Shown here: positions 26,844 through 40,400 of the stretch, piece by piece
Layout of the letters: every line of letters begins with the position of its first letter
Position numbering within the stretch: position 1 is the stretch's first letter
NCBI RefSeq assembly: GCF_002571385.2
Contig: NW_019217895.1
Location: forward strand, 235,821-299,820
Source of the DNA: Stylophora pistillata
Lineage: Eukaryota
Direction: 5' to 3'
DNA length: 64,000 bases
The notes under the pieces: model-generated
Seen by the model: only the letters and a program-made list of their open reading frames with translations
Told to the model about the DNA's origin: nothing
The model's database searches: none
Translations under genes and position numbers: made by a program

Positions 26844-29259
26844 TAGGCTCGATCTCCGCCGCTCTCTCGAGTCCGGTCTTTATCCTTCCTCCGCGAGAAG
26901 AGACGGCGGGACGTACGAGCGGCCATCCATGTCTGTGACGTAATTTGAAAAAATTAATCTATGCGTTCTCAGATGTCACTGGAAGTGAAATAGGACTCCA
27001 ATTCGAATGGATGGCGTACATATGATCGCTGATACGCCGGCTAAATTTAACTCGAAAACTGGATGTGTCTTCTGTGACTGTGAAGAAAAAGATTCTAGGA
27101 AGAGAACGAAGGTGTCTGATTAGCGGAAAAGGATTTGCGACGTACTGGAGATTCCTCCTTCTCGTATTGACTTTGGAAGGTTGCATTTGTAACGATCACT
27201 GCTATCGACTAGTCAAGCGCCTTGAGAGGCTCCGAGAACAAACAAATGCCTTTCCTTGCTCGTTTAAGGAAAATTTTGAAACGATTAATTCTAGAACGAA
27301 GCGTGGCGTACCATCCGACTCCACAATTTGAGCAAGTGTTGCCGCGCCGTCAATAATAAGCACCTCCAGCAGCAGACGTCGCCGGCGACACGCCGGCAAC
27401 CGGAAACGTGAAATTTCTCAGAAGTCCTCACTGCGCATGCACAACACGTTAGGACTTGCCGTCGTCCCGAAGTCGAGAACGCAAGAACGTGAGTAATTAA
27501 TCTTTTGTTTTGATGGCATTTAGCTTACTTTCGGATTAATTAAATTTGGAAGCTAAGTAAAATTACAGAATGATTGATTTTATGTTTGAAATAATGTTGT
27601 GCAAGTATTCACTATTATTAGGCTCATTTTTTTCAAAAATTATTTTTGCATGCCAAACTAGCTTCCAGTGGAGAGGTTGCTTTCATGACCAACGGAATAC
27701 TTACTTGTTTTTTCCGATTTTCTCAATGTATAACCGGTAGATTGTCAAAGCTTGAAATAACATTAAGTCATATTTGTAGTTCCTTCCTCTTGGTCTTTCA
27801 TTTAACATTGAAGCTTTTTGATCGGCTCAAATTGATTTGTATTTAGTGTGTTAATCACCATGTTAACAAGCAGACAAATACGCGCTTCTTGTACGCACGA
27901 GATATCGTGTTCTTCGCAAAATGTATTTTTTTTGCCGACACTTCCGTCAAAATAGCTGGCAAAAAATGAGTATACAATATTGATTGCAATCGATGGCTTT
28001 AACATTGCCCATATAACGTAAAACAATTTCTGTCTTTGATATGCCAAGGCAGAACGACTCTTATAATTTTTCGCAATCATAATTTCTAAAAGGATGTGTC
28101 TATTATTAGAAAAGCTTTAATAGTATAAGGCTTGAATTCGTCGGGTTATTTTTTAAATATAGATATGTTGAACTCGTAGGTGGAGTGGACAGAACAAAAA
28201 GATGCGATGTTGGTCCGAGAAATCTTATTATGTAATCCTTTAAATTCAAGGCTGGCTCCAAAGGGCGTTGTTCGGCATGGAGCGAAATAACGCAAAATCT
28301 GAACACACATCGTGGTATCTAACGACAAGGATACGCAACTCGTTTAAGCAGCGTACACAAGCCTTCCATTCCACTAAACACGTACCTCTGCGAGCAACGG
28401 AAAACAGGTGGAAAGCTAAGGGCGTCTGCCAAAACAGGAAGATCATTCATCTGAGATTAGGCAATAAACACTACACAGGCATCTTATCATGTTTTATTTT
28501 CAATTCTCGTATCTATGGCTTGAAATGTTCCGTGGTGCACAAAAGCCCTGTGCTATTGTTTCGTCATGGATTACTATACTAATCCATGAGTTATATACGA
28601 AGCGTGCTTCGAATATGGCTTCGCTTACAAATGAGAAATGCAGTGAGCTTCGTCAAATGCTATCAGACTTAACCTCTCTTGGGAGAAACATGGACCGCCA
28701 TCGCTTCGTTGACGGAAACGCCTCGGGTGAACCGGAGACGATTTGGCACTCTCCACGTTCTATGAGCTGACTGGTCTCTTCACTCGTTTGTTCGTTCCAA
28801 ATGAACTCCACTGTAATTCCCACAGATTTAAGAAATCGAACTTGATCTTGAGAAATGACAAGAACGATTGACTTCGCCTTTAATCAAGGCCTCACATCAT
28901 ATCAGCGCGCCAAAAACAATCGGCGCGGACTGAAAAATCAGCGACTTCCCGACCCCATTGGTTGAAATCACGAAGACATGGCGGCCGCTAACTAGCTTTT
29001 CTAGAGCTACTCGTTGTAAATCTTTCAAACTTTCGATTTTAATCGTCTCTAAAATTCGATCGCCTGCCACATTCATCAATTCATCATCGTCCACTGTTTT
29101 GAAAACTTTGTCTGACAAGATAATTTACGCGGCCCTACGAAAATGTGCAAGCGAAATTCTGATTAGCTATAAGCAACAAAAGAAACCTCAAGTTTCCAGC
29201 CGTCTCTTCGGGAGGAGCGCGGGCTCCGGTTCCAGGACAGCGGCTGGTATTCAAGCCTA
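26844..29259. mobile_element. Internally deleted AcademH-type DNA transposon with a RecQ helicase remnant
   Basis: Termini are TAGGCT(C/T)GA...TCAAGCCTA with imperfect TIRs. A perfect 9-bp TSD TCGATAGCT lies at 26835-26843 and 29260-29268. The minus strand carries a RecQ remnant. Confidence 0.85.
28600..29118 (-). pseudogene. RecQ-type SF2 helicase N-terminal remnant, transposon-borne and frameshifted
   Basis: LKDLQRVALEKLVSGRHVFVISTNGVGKSLIFQ (motifs 0/I), KSIVLVIS...QDQV (motif Ia, partly deleted) and DEAHCIS (motif II, about 28630-28655), spread across shifted frames. Confidence 0.85.
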
Positions 29260-29566
29260 TCGATAGCTTTAATGCCGGCTAATGTTGCCTCCCCTTGCCA
29301 TTTGCTCCTCGGTTCCTCGGTTTAGTTGTTGAACGGGAGCTTTCCATCGTTTTACCCATACCTGACTATCGAAAAAGTCTTCGCAGCAGCTATTGCAGCA
29401 GAACGTGACTAAAAAAGTCATTCTAACGTGAAACGCGATTTAGTTTGCTGTGAACAGCAGGGGTTCTACTCTATACTTTTCTGACGTAGGGAGCTACGTC
29501 TTTTTACAAAATATTCTTAAATTAGAGGGGAAATTTCACAATACGATCTCTGTAACACACTACTTC

Positions 29567-30045
29567 TTAAAATCTATAAATAGGATATCTAGACTAAATT
29601 GACGGGTTCCCGTGAAGTTTAGTTCTTAAAAGTTGTCTGAACAGATTAGAGCACAAACTTGTCAACATTTTCAAGTATTTATTTCGTGGTGGCATCAGAA
29701 CGCAACGCGTTGGCAAATTTTATTTTGTCGTGGAACCTGACAGATCTATGAAAAGAGAACCAATTGGAACACGGAAGGGCTCACGCAGTTTAAGAGAGTT
29801 GTGTTTTGTGCTGATTAAAATCTATAAATAGGATATGTAACATTTACGGGTTCCCATGAAGTTTAGTTGAAAGTTATTTGAACGGAGTAGACTACAAGAT
29901 TGTCAACATTTTTCAAATATCTTTTCCATGGTGGCCTCAGAACGCAACACGGTGTTGTGGAACCTGACAGATCTATAAAAAGAAAACTAATTGGAAAACG
30001 GAAGTGCTCACGCAGTTCAAGGGGGTTGTGTTTTGTGTAGATTAA
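29567..30045. repeat. Two-copy tandem duplication, period about 248 bp
   Basis: ttaaaatctataaataggatat occurs at 29567 and 29815, with colinear diverged bodies. Confidence 0.85.
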
Positions 30046-33000
30046 CACTGAGCAGTTACACTTTTATATCAGAGACACGTTTCATACCCGAACAATTCGA
30101 TGGAATTGCGTGGAGTCATCGTCTTATCCGAGAAATAACCAAATAAAGGTGATACATTTTATCGAATTATGCTTCTGAAAGCCTCTTTTTTTTTTTGTCA
30201 ATGTTTCCTGATTTCTTGAAAAGCAAGAGTAACTGTAATACTGTTCAGGAAATTTTTAAACATTAAAAAATATCATGTCAAGGGAAGCAGTTTATTCTTG
30301 TTTCGGAAAGGGTTTGAAATTATGCTGTCTGGCTGTTAACTGCGGTTCCATCTGATTAGACAAATCAAAGCCTTATTGTGAAAATTTGAGATACCAATGA
30401 GATTCTTATTTAATAATGACCTAGTGTTGAACAACAGTTGACTGTTGGGGACACATTGTTCAGCCAGAAAAGAGAACCCCTTAATAAACCATTTTGCACT
30501 CTTTGCATAGTTCGTTTGCACAAGCAAATCTCTTTGTGACACTGGACAGTATACAGTGCGTCTTTAATCGATTCGTGACAGTGGATAATGATAAAAATAA
30601 TATTAACAATAATAATAATAATGATAATAATAAATAAAGACTTTATTTAAAGCGGATTAACACGTAATAGCCAAAGGCTAATAATCTTTTGGCCCTTATA
30701 AGTTGCTTTCAAACAATCACAACAATGGTCATGATTTAAATGATAATAAACTATTGCATAAAATATCGGGATGCGAGTTTTTTTTCTCCTTTTGGTTATA
30801 AAACTATCACGTACATCACGTACACACGAGATATTTTCCCAAGCCCAGTTAGTGATAAGATCCACTTTTTTCCTAGCGCCACTGACTTTCTACGATTTAC
30901 TTGATTAATTTCACATAAGGGAAAAACTAACTCCATCAAAAAATGTTAAAATTATGACTTACTAGTCAATCAATTTTCTCGAAAGCGAGCAATTTTTTCG
31001 AGGATCAAGAGACACATCTCATGTTTTACTGATTGTTAATTATTGACCAACCAAAGAAATTATTTACTCAGTGTTGTGGTTAATGAATACCTAACTGGGG
31101 CAACATATGAGAATATCTGGTGACAACAGGCGTCGCACGTAGAGACAAGAAGGATTCCGACATGGCAATACTGTTAAATACCGTCTGAGGTCTGTAGAAA
31201 AGGCTTCAGGAGTGTAAAAACCAATTACACAGAGATAACTATCTGGGATCTGTCGGAGTATTGTTAATTTGAGTACTCTAGCTGATAAATCTTTTAATTT
31301 TCCTTAGGTAAAGACACGAGATTGGCATCAACTGAGATAATTGTGCTTTGATGCTCGCTTAATTATCTGGGCGGCAGCTTTGAAAAGATTGTACATGTAG
31401 TCAGAAGTGGTTTCCTTATAAAGGTGAGTTATTTAAGGCAAGTCTACATGCATCAAAAAGGCCGATATAAATTCGAAGCCTACCTTGAAGGCTCGGTTGC
31501 GATTTTATGTGTAACTTGGCGGCCAGACATTTACATAAACATATTTTTGTAATTGATCAACAAGGATGTTGTACACGTTCTATGAGCTGCTTTTCGATTA
31601 ATCGGCGAAGTTTCATCTTGTAGTATATTTGTTTTACTTTAAAAGTATTCCCACCAAACCATTATGAAAGGCGATGTTTTCGAAGGTTTGCGCCGGTATG
31701 AGTGCCCGACAAAATCTATTTTTAGGGTTCGTGCAGTCCCAGATATTTGGCCTTCTTCGTCGGTTCTAAATTCAACGAGGGCAGAATTAGAGAAAGATAA
31801 AACAAAAAGGGAACAACTACTAAAAACAATAATGCATGGAGGGAAACTTGTAAAGCAAATGAGACTGAAATGCGAGGGATTGATCAGTTTACTCTTAGGA
31901 TGAATTTTCCTCAGGTCGTTGTAACAATAATCACTCGACCATCTATGCAACAGTCCTTTAGGATTATTCATACTGAAATGGTTAGACTAAGGGATCAATT
32001 TTTACGCTCACACATGTACTGTTTGTATTTTATGTTTCACTCTAGTATTGCGTCATTTCTTTCAGTGCACTTTATATTGAAACTCTATGAAGATGATCTT
32101 TTAAGAGACCTAGGGTCACTCAATCATCATTAATGAGCCAATTTTTCTGAAAATTGCTCGCATCACCTTAAACTGAAAAGAAGCTGAAAAGAAAAGCGAG
32201 AAAGCCAAGCAGTGAACAAAAAATGTCAACGCTGACCGTCCAGTTCTGAAAGCTACTTCTCTCACAAGATAACCACACCAAGATTCGTCTGTTTCTAGTC
32301 CTGCCTTGAGAATCTAGTGGTAAACCGGGCAATATCCGCTAGTTCACGTCACGATTTCTTAATTCTTGTGACCTCTATCTTGAATTGTGCATGGATAATT
32401 GAGGAGAATTTAACCTGTGATCAATCATGAGGGCAAAAAGATGGAAATCAATCGCGTTGCATCGTTACCCTTTTAGCTCCCACTAGTGACCAATGTTTCG
32501 TTTAGTAAATAGGCGTTGCCTATGATGATGACAGGTATATTTCAGTTACACGACTCGTGATGACATTAATTCCGTACAATGATTTAAAAGTGTTAGCTTA
32601 TGATGTTTTAAACCAGTTCTTCAGAAGAATCATTAGAGAGAGAGAAGTCGGTTTTTTATAATTTGTTCGCTTACCCGGATTTGCTAACCTGGAGAGAAAA
32701 ACCTGTTTTGGCGACCCGCCACAGAAGTAAGCTTCCAATCACGTTTTCTTGAATTTTGCTACGAGATTAAGACTTAATTTGCGTTGTTCTGATTTCGAAT
32801 TACAAATGTATTCCTCTTAGATCGAATAATTATTAAAGCTTGGACAATATTATACGATTTGTGGTGGAACAGTTGGTCGACCTTACTTTCTACGCAGAAC
32901 AACCAAGACAATTTCTCCTTACAATATCAGTGCAATGGCAAGCAAACAAAGGATGAGAATAAAATGAAATGAAGAGTAGGGGATTTTTAGTTAACCCAAA

Positions 33001-34554
33001 TTTTCCGAACGAATCTGATAAGAATTGCATGGCAGATAGTAAGGAAAATCACTAAAGAGATTTTTAGAAAGTGAGGTTTAGACTGATGTCTTAATGTACT
33101 ATATATATTGACACACCAAACAAAGGTTAACAGACGAAAAGTAAGAATTTCAGTGCTCCTCATAACGTGATGTGCCGATTCTAGTGGATTCCGTGACTCT
33201 GAGAAAATGTCTTTTCGTTGTCATGGAAGATGATATTGGTGTTCGTTAGAGGCGCCAAAGGCGTGGTTCCTGAGCGTAGTTCGTAAAAGTTGTCAAAGCG
33301 ATAATTGAGGAAATTTGGATTTCTAGTGGAATTACCAGAACATACTGAAAATATAGCGTCGATCAGAGATTTACTTTGCGTAGATCACGGTTGAAAAATT
33401 AGCACAAAATCCATTCATACAAATCTCGTGACGAGGATTTTATTGACGTCATCGTGGCTCGTGCGGTTTAGATCAACTCCAATATGGATGAGCAATTTTG
33501 CTTTATGCCAACCACCTTTTGTGCGTTAAACACGGTTTTCTAGCGTGTTTCTGTAGACAAACTCGTGCCGTGACCGTGCAGTGAGAGCCACGTAGCGTGA
33601 TCAAACAGGTATGTTCTTGTTAATCATCATCTAAAAGAATTGTCTCCGTCCTCCTTTTAAGATGCAAGTGTTTAAATAATCAAATTGATAATTTGCATAC
33701 AGGGAGCTTTCATTTTAAAAGTCAGTTTGTCGTTGATTTAACGAGTTTGATTGATTCAAAAGAAAACCAGGATCGTTCCATTGTCTTGTAAGAGCTTGTT
33801 CAACTTGATCAATCATTGGTATAGAATCTTTTGAAGACTAAATGAAAGATTTTCATTTCGTAAATATTACAAATTCTTATTCAAGCCAGTGTTGTCCGTT
33901 TCAAACTCTTAAAAAGCATTTCAAGTCCATTTATGGCTGCTTAAATAAATTCAGCACAGTTTTGACTTTACTGAAGCAAATACTGTTGATGTGGTCGAGT
34001 CTCGGAAATTGGGCTGTCCAAGGTTACTGATTTCTCTTTAACGTTATACAAAGTGGATCAACAGTGCATGTTACATTGATCGACGAGAAATTATTCCATT
34101 CGTATTGATTGATGTTGCTATGACTCGAATTACACAGGAAACTTAACGATAAGTTCCCGGAATTCTTTGTTATTTTCTACAAACTAACTTAAATCGCATT
34201 TATATCTAAGACATGGTGATTTCGACAACATCAGCTGGAAGCTTGGAATCTGTGTTCGCCTTATATACTTGATTATAACTTCATTATTTTTGTCTATCTG
34301 TTTCAACTGTTTCGTGTTCAGTAAAAGCCACGATACCAGGTAATTTGAGAAGAAAATGTCTTTATCTATCAGAAAGTATTGCTTTCACCATGCTTAATCT
34401 TTCTATAGACCGAATTACCTCGTCATTTTAGAAAATGTATTTTTTTGAAGCGTAACTTCGGTGAATAAACCAAATATTTTCTTTTTGAAGGATACGAGTT
34501 GCATAATTCTAACGGAGCCTGACTTGTATGTTAAGAATGTTTTAGCATTGTTAT

Positions 34555-34960
34555 TTACAATACAATACAACACAAACTTTATTGACATCCCAATAAATGG
34601 CTTTTCAATACCAATTTACAAAAACTGAAAAATTCGCAAATATATATATATATATATATAAAGGGTCATCTTTCAATCAACTTTCAACTTCAACTTTCAG
34701 TTTTATCATTCATCATTAAATTTCTGTATCAAGATAGACTTGAGCTTCTTTTTAAAAGTAGTAATATTTACAATGGATTTTAAAGAGTGTCTAAAGAGTT
34801 CCAAATCTTAGTTGCTCTGTATAAGAATGTACATTGGCCACTTGCCGTTCGATATTTATTAATGTGAAGATCTTCTTTATTTGTTGTATTTATAATTGTG
34901 TTTGGCGTCGAAAATGTCAAAATATATCGGTGTTGAATAGAGAACACTCAATTGTCATTG
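34555..34960 (-). mobile_element. LINE (CR1/L2-like) 3' remnant
   Basis: The minus strand gives KYRTASGQCTFLYRATKIW...ITTFKKKLK, followed by an AATAAA and a (TTGTA)n tail. Confidence 0.7.
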
Positions 34961-35855
34961 AAACGTAAGTAATGAACCTTGAAAGGTATGATGAATATAT
35001 CTCGCTGCAATTTTCGTTTCGGTCTTGTGTTAATAAACACAAGAAAAGAAAGTTTGATCAACAGAAAAGACTCCAATCCCCGATGGCTTCGGATTCAGTA
35101 CCTCTAGGCGTAAATGCTGTCTTCGCACGAAAAGTGTTGCAACTTTGCGGGAAAACTAGGGCGACGTTTGAGGAAGGCTCCAACATTGGGTGCTAATTAA
35201 TCTCAGAGACAGGGTTGCTGGATATTTATTTCAAACAATGCTATGAAATACTTGCTTGCCATCACCAAGAATTACAGCGACGCTACTTCCTGTTTATTTA
35301 AAAAAAACCGAACTGCGTTGTGCGGTTTCGGGTCTTGTCATAGAAAGCCTAATGACCTAAGGATTTGCGGAGAGAGGGTGACGGCTGGGAAGGGGCCTGA
35401 AATTCTCCTCAGATTCCTTTTTTTAAAATGTTTTAGCAATTCATTCTTTTCATGCGCATTTTTTTATCTCAAGAAAGAACTCGGCGAAAGAATTTGTTTG
35501 AAAGGAAATCTGTTAGACCTAGAGAAGTAACAGTAGGGTCACTTACATGAAGATATAGCTTGAAATTTTCGGTTTCTCTGTGGAGCGGAACAAAAGGATC
35601 GAGAAGGTCGAAATCTTTGTGTTTTCCCAGATGTAAAACTTCAATTCTTTCAGTAGCCCTCGAGGAGGGTCTCACTTCGGCACCAGCGTTTCTTCGCGCG
35701 TTAATAAGTTTGAGGCCTTGAACAACGTGAGTCCGCGGTTGGCCTACCAGGGTCGGGGTCCAGCTCATCATTGGTACCAGACCCTCGACAATCCCTCCCC
35801 GACTGGTCTCAAATCTTCCAAGGGGTAGAACGTGTGCCTTGCAGCGTTAATAATT

Positions 35856-36212
35856 TTAGGGGGTTTAGAAAACCACAACGGTAGCGGCAAAAGGAACCTT
35901 TAATGAGCAGAGCACTGGCCGTGCACATGCGTTATATATCTTTGTAAATTTATTTGCGTCCTCTGCAAAACGAGAACGTGAAATGACCAAAGTTTGCGTT
36001 TTCTGGAAAACGTGAACGACGACGGCTAATTTTTTAGATTTCTATATTTAGTTTAATGCTGTGTTCCGTATTCAGTTTTGAGATAACTTTGTCGGTGAGA
36101 AACCAACTAAATGAATTTAGAGAACTGCGAGTTTCGTGGGAAAAGTATAAGTAAATTTTTCTTAACTAACGTTGTCCATGGCGTCGCCGTTTTCATTTCT
36201 TAAACTCCCTAA
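35856..36212. mobile_element. MITE with short TIRs (PIF/Harbinger-like)
   Basis: Termini ttagggggtttagaa...ttcttaaactccctaa. Confidence 0.65.
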
Positions 36213-37457
36213 TGAGGATATGCTCGCAGGCTTTTCTTTCAGAAAATTCTGTTTGTATTTGTCCCGTGCACGTACATCCGTGTGCTCGTTGCACTCGTAC
36301 GCTTTATCAGCGTAATAAAAAAAAAAAACAAAACAAAACAAAGCAAAAAAAAAAAAAAACATAACAATACATGGAGAGCTAGGAACCAGGCTTTTAAACG
36401 GCAAACGGCACAACTTGCTCTCTCTCTTTCGGCTGTTTTGCAGTTAAAAAAAATTAAGTATTCAGGCGTTTCGTAACTAGGGGAAAACGTTTTAAATTCT
36501 ATTCACTCAAGGAATGAAATTAAGAGCCGAAATCGTACGTAAATTTTTCCCTACACATTCACTCTTAACATGAATCAAAATCCATGATCCTCAAGTCGTA
36601 AGATCCTTCATTCAGCTAAGGGTATCGGGGCCCTTATTCTATCTGCGGTACTTATCCTCTGTTCGAGAATTTTTCCCATTCTCTCACTGTTTTTTCTTTT
36701 TTTTATTTCTTCATCTTGCTTGTATCTGTTAGTACCGAACTGTTTCACTATACCAATCTCTAAAATGGCGTTTGTCAATTATTAACGAGATTAAAAAAAA
36801 GGTTTGCATAACATTTGCATACACTGCATATAATAGTGTTTTAAACCCTCCCGGCGGGATTCTTTGACAGGAAGGAAGGGACAATTTTTCCTTTTGGTCT
36901 TTGGACGTGACGCTCCTCTTTCCTTTCATGTTACATCGAATTCGCTAGTGTAGCTCTTTTTTTTTTCTACTGTTAGTCCCTAAATACTCTTTAAATTACA
37001 GAAAGCATATCCACCTTGAAAATTCACCAGCGCCTACTCCAGCAAAGATATCGCCATTGTTGAACCAAGTACTATATGTTTTTTTTTTTTAAACCACACG
37101 TTTAACCTTCATTCCGGGCATTGTTCAGCGCCGCTCTTGTTTGACTTGATTATGTCACAGTCATTGTCGCTGTCACACTCCAAAGCATGCGCTTGAATTC
37201 GAACCGTGTGACGAATTGTGATGCAAATTTTCGTACGTGCTTGACGCAAAATCTGTGCTGTGCTGTGCTGATGTTGTACTCACTGTAAGGTTGTGTTGTA
37301 GAGTCTACCAGTTCATTAGTAAACAATGGAGTCGTATATTGAGTAAGTTTCAAGTTTCCTAGTGATTTTTCCTTTTAGTTAAAACGAAAGTCGGCACGAT
37401 AGTTACGATGTTACATGGACCAACTAAACGATAATACGCCAATGATTATTCTTTCAG

Positions 37458-40400
37458 AAGCAGCAGGAAAGTCCGAAGAACCGACCTCAACGCGAGCTTG
37501 ATGACGGTTTCGAGCGACGATTCATCGGCGACTGGTGCATCGCAGTGTGTTGTCTCTTATCCTGATGTCAGCTCAAGCAGGGAGGCGAAGACGATAGCGC
37601 GGCTCAAACTGGCCCTGGAACTTGTGGCCCTAGGATTCTTGACCATGACTGTGCTCTTCATTTGGCAAATCACAAAGAAGCGGCCCGATGCTGCTGTGCA
37701 AGTGAGTCTTAAGGTGTACAGAGATTGACGAATTGATTATTTAATTTAGATTCCGGTTTTAGTGAGCTCTCGAAACTGTCTATAACTTCTCGATCGATTC
37801 TTGGTTGGAACAGATTTGTTTACATGTATATCATGTAGCTTACCGGTTTTTGATTGGCTACGCTCGAGTGCGCCGTGAATCCAAACAGCTTAATGGTGCA
37901 ACATGTGCTAAAATCCTCGGTCCTAGCAAGCTCTTGGAAGTCACGGGCAAGGCTGCAAATAACTAACGGGCAGTCGCCGGTCACGTTGTCCGGTGAAACA
38001 TGCTTTTGCTCGGACACTACCCGTTTTTGGCCGGTCAGATTTTAACAGTCCGGACTCTTGCGATGGTGAACCCAGATTGCACAGTAATCCTTTTACAACT
38101 AAAAAACAACTGAATCCAAGTCGGTCTGGCAATAAAAATTACAAGGCAACAATTTTACTACTCTTTACTGCAGAAGCAGCCTCGCATTGAGTACGTGGAA
38201 CGGTTACGCAAGATACAACCGCAATTGTCCGTTTTACTTTACATCTGGCAAAATCACTTATAATTAAATATTATACTCAGAGCCCTTTTTTTAAAGTTAC
38301 AGTTGTGAATTTTTGTTGGAGTAAAAGAGTGGTCGGATTCTTCAGGTTTTGGGCCTTTTGCTCGCTTTTTGCACTTTGCAACAAATGCCACTTGGAGTAT
38401 TCTCGATGCAACAAGATTATTATTCGTGAGGGTGCCTTCCGATCATTCAATCGGTCAAACAATCGATCACTTTATTTAAGAGTAAATGATGGTATCTAGC
38501 CAAAGGTAAAACCCTCTACTAACTGGGAACACTTAAATAAAGTAAATAAAATAACGGAAGACACTATGATTTGCGGTCGCGACAGGACTTGATGACATCG
38601 CGGAAATTTGCGACTGCCGTGAATTTCTCGACAACTAATTTGTCTACTTTTATCTTGTTTTTTTTTTCTTGGAAACATGACGTTGTCCCTTGTGATTCGC
38701 AAACAGTTAAAAATTAAAATTTCTCTGAACGAGTCGGTAAAGGACCGGACAAGATGTCCGGCAAACCAAGGATTTGTCCGGTCAGTACCCAATTTTGACC
38801 GGACATTGTCCGTCGACCGGCCGTTATTTGCAGCCTGATGAGAAATCATTTTTTCAGTTTTACACTGAAGGAAGTTCTAAATCGATATTGTACGTTTTAA
38901 TTTTTTTCAGAATCCTACAGTTGATCCATCAACGGCTGAGGTGAGCAAACCGATAGAGTAAAGTAGTTAGTTTACAATGTCAGCTCGTTGCAATGCAGTG
39001 TTTCTTCATTTTTTCTAAACCTTATTTCTGATGGTATCACTTTCCATAATGCGTGTAAACGCCTCAAATTTTATTTAAGGGTGCTTTTCAATGTTTTTTT
39101 TTTTTNNNNNNNNNNNNNNNNNNNNNNNNNNNNNNNNNNNTTAAACACGAAGGCGCGCTATATAAGGAAGTCTTCCCTGGGAAGACCTAGGCTCATTTGT
39201 CACTCACCGTTGACGTGTGCGGGTCAAATTTAAATGCTGGTAGACGAACAAAAGGAGCTAATGAGATATCTATTGTTTACTTCCACCAGCATGGTGGCAT
39301 GAGGTAACGTGCGAACCACCTACTTCGATCTCAAATTTACCGCCACAAATAAAGACAGTTTCCATTGGAGAAAGGAAATACAAATCTCAAAAATTCTTGT
39401 ATTGTGATGAAGACATAAAACAATTTTGAGGAATGCGCCCGCTGTTCACTGCTTTGGAGTAGCTGTAGCTCAAGCTGACTTGACTTTAAGAGTTCTACAT
39501 CACACGACAGTTGATTGACAAATGGTCGAGTGGGACCTAAGGCTCCTTTTATAGCGCGCCATCGTGTTTAAGGATCGAGAGGACTGGGGAGAATAAAAAC
39601 TGAGGTAATAAACTACAAATCGACCAAAACATATTTGTTTATCAAATGACAAAATTACATGTTTTGCATGTGATATCTTCTTCAGGTGGGGATGACTGCT
39701 AATGTTGTTTACCAAGACAGTGTGGTATGGAGAAAAAATTATGGGCTTAAAGACAAAAACCATCTGGGGGTCTCGCCTGATCAAGATACTGTATTTCGAG
39801 TTGCCAGCATTACTAAAATATTTACAGTGAGTATTCTTCGGTCACTGTAGCGTAAAATTTAGATCGGATGATTGGTGATTTGATTAATATATTGAAGAAC
39901 ATATCTATTGACTAGTTAACCAATTCTCTTTAGACCGGTGTGCGTGGTATCTCTTTCTTCCAGTACATGAATATTAAGGATCAATTATTAGCAAATTAGG
40001 TTCGTTGTTACCTTGCGTCAGATTTACTGGAGGACAGACGCATAGGTGACGTCATCATGAAAATTTGTTTACTTCTTTATTAAATAAAACAAATAAATTC
40101 CATTGTACCGTGGGTCAGTTCAGTAACAGATCACAGATGACGTCAAAATGTGATAAAAACTGAACTGACCCACGGAACATGGAATTTATTTGTTTTATTT
40201 AATAAAGAAGTAAACAAATGTTAATGATGACGTCGTCTATGCGTCTGTCCTCCAATAGATAATAGGTAAGAACCAATCAAAACGCTTCCGTTATTCTGTT
40301 TCTTAAAATTTAATTGTCGTACCCAAACGCAGGCTATACATGAGTTCAATCGCTTGGGCTATCTTAAACATGTGCGAGCTCTAAGCGATTGAGCATAACG

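Noticed and set aside
30590-32133. Degraded LINE suggested by an (AAT)n tail and coding-like texture
   Set aside because: I could not recover recognisable RT or endonuclease motifs by eye, so it is left uncalled.
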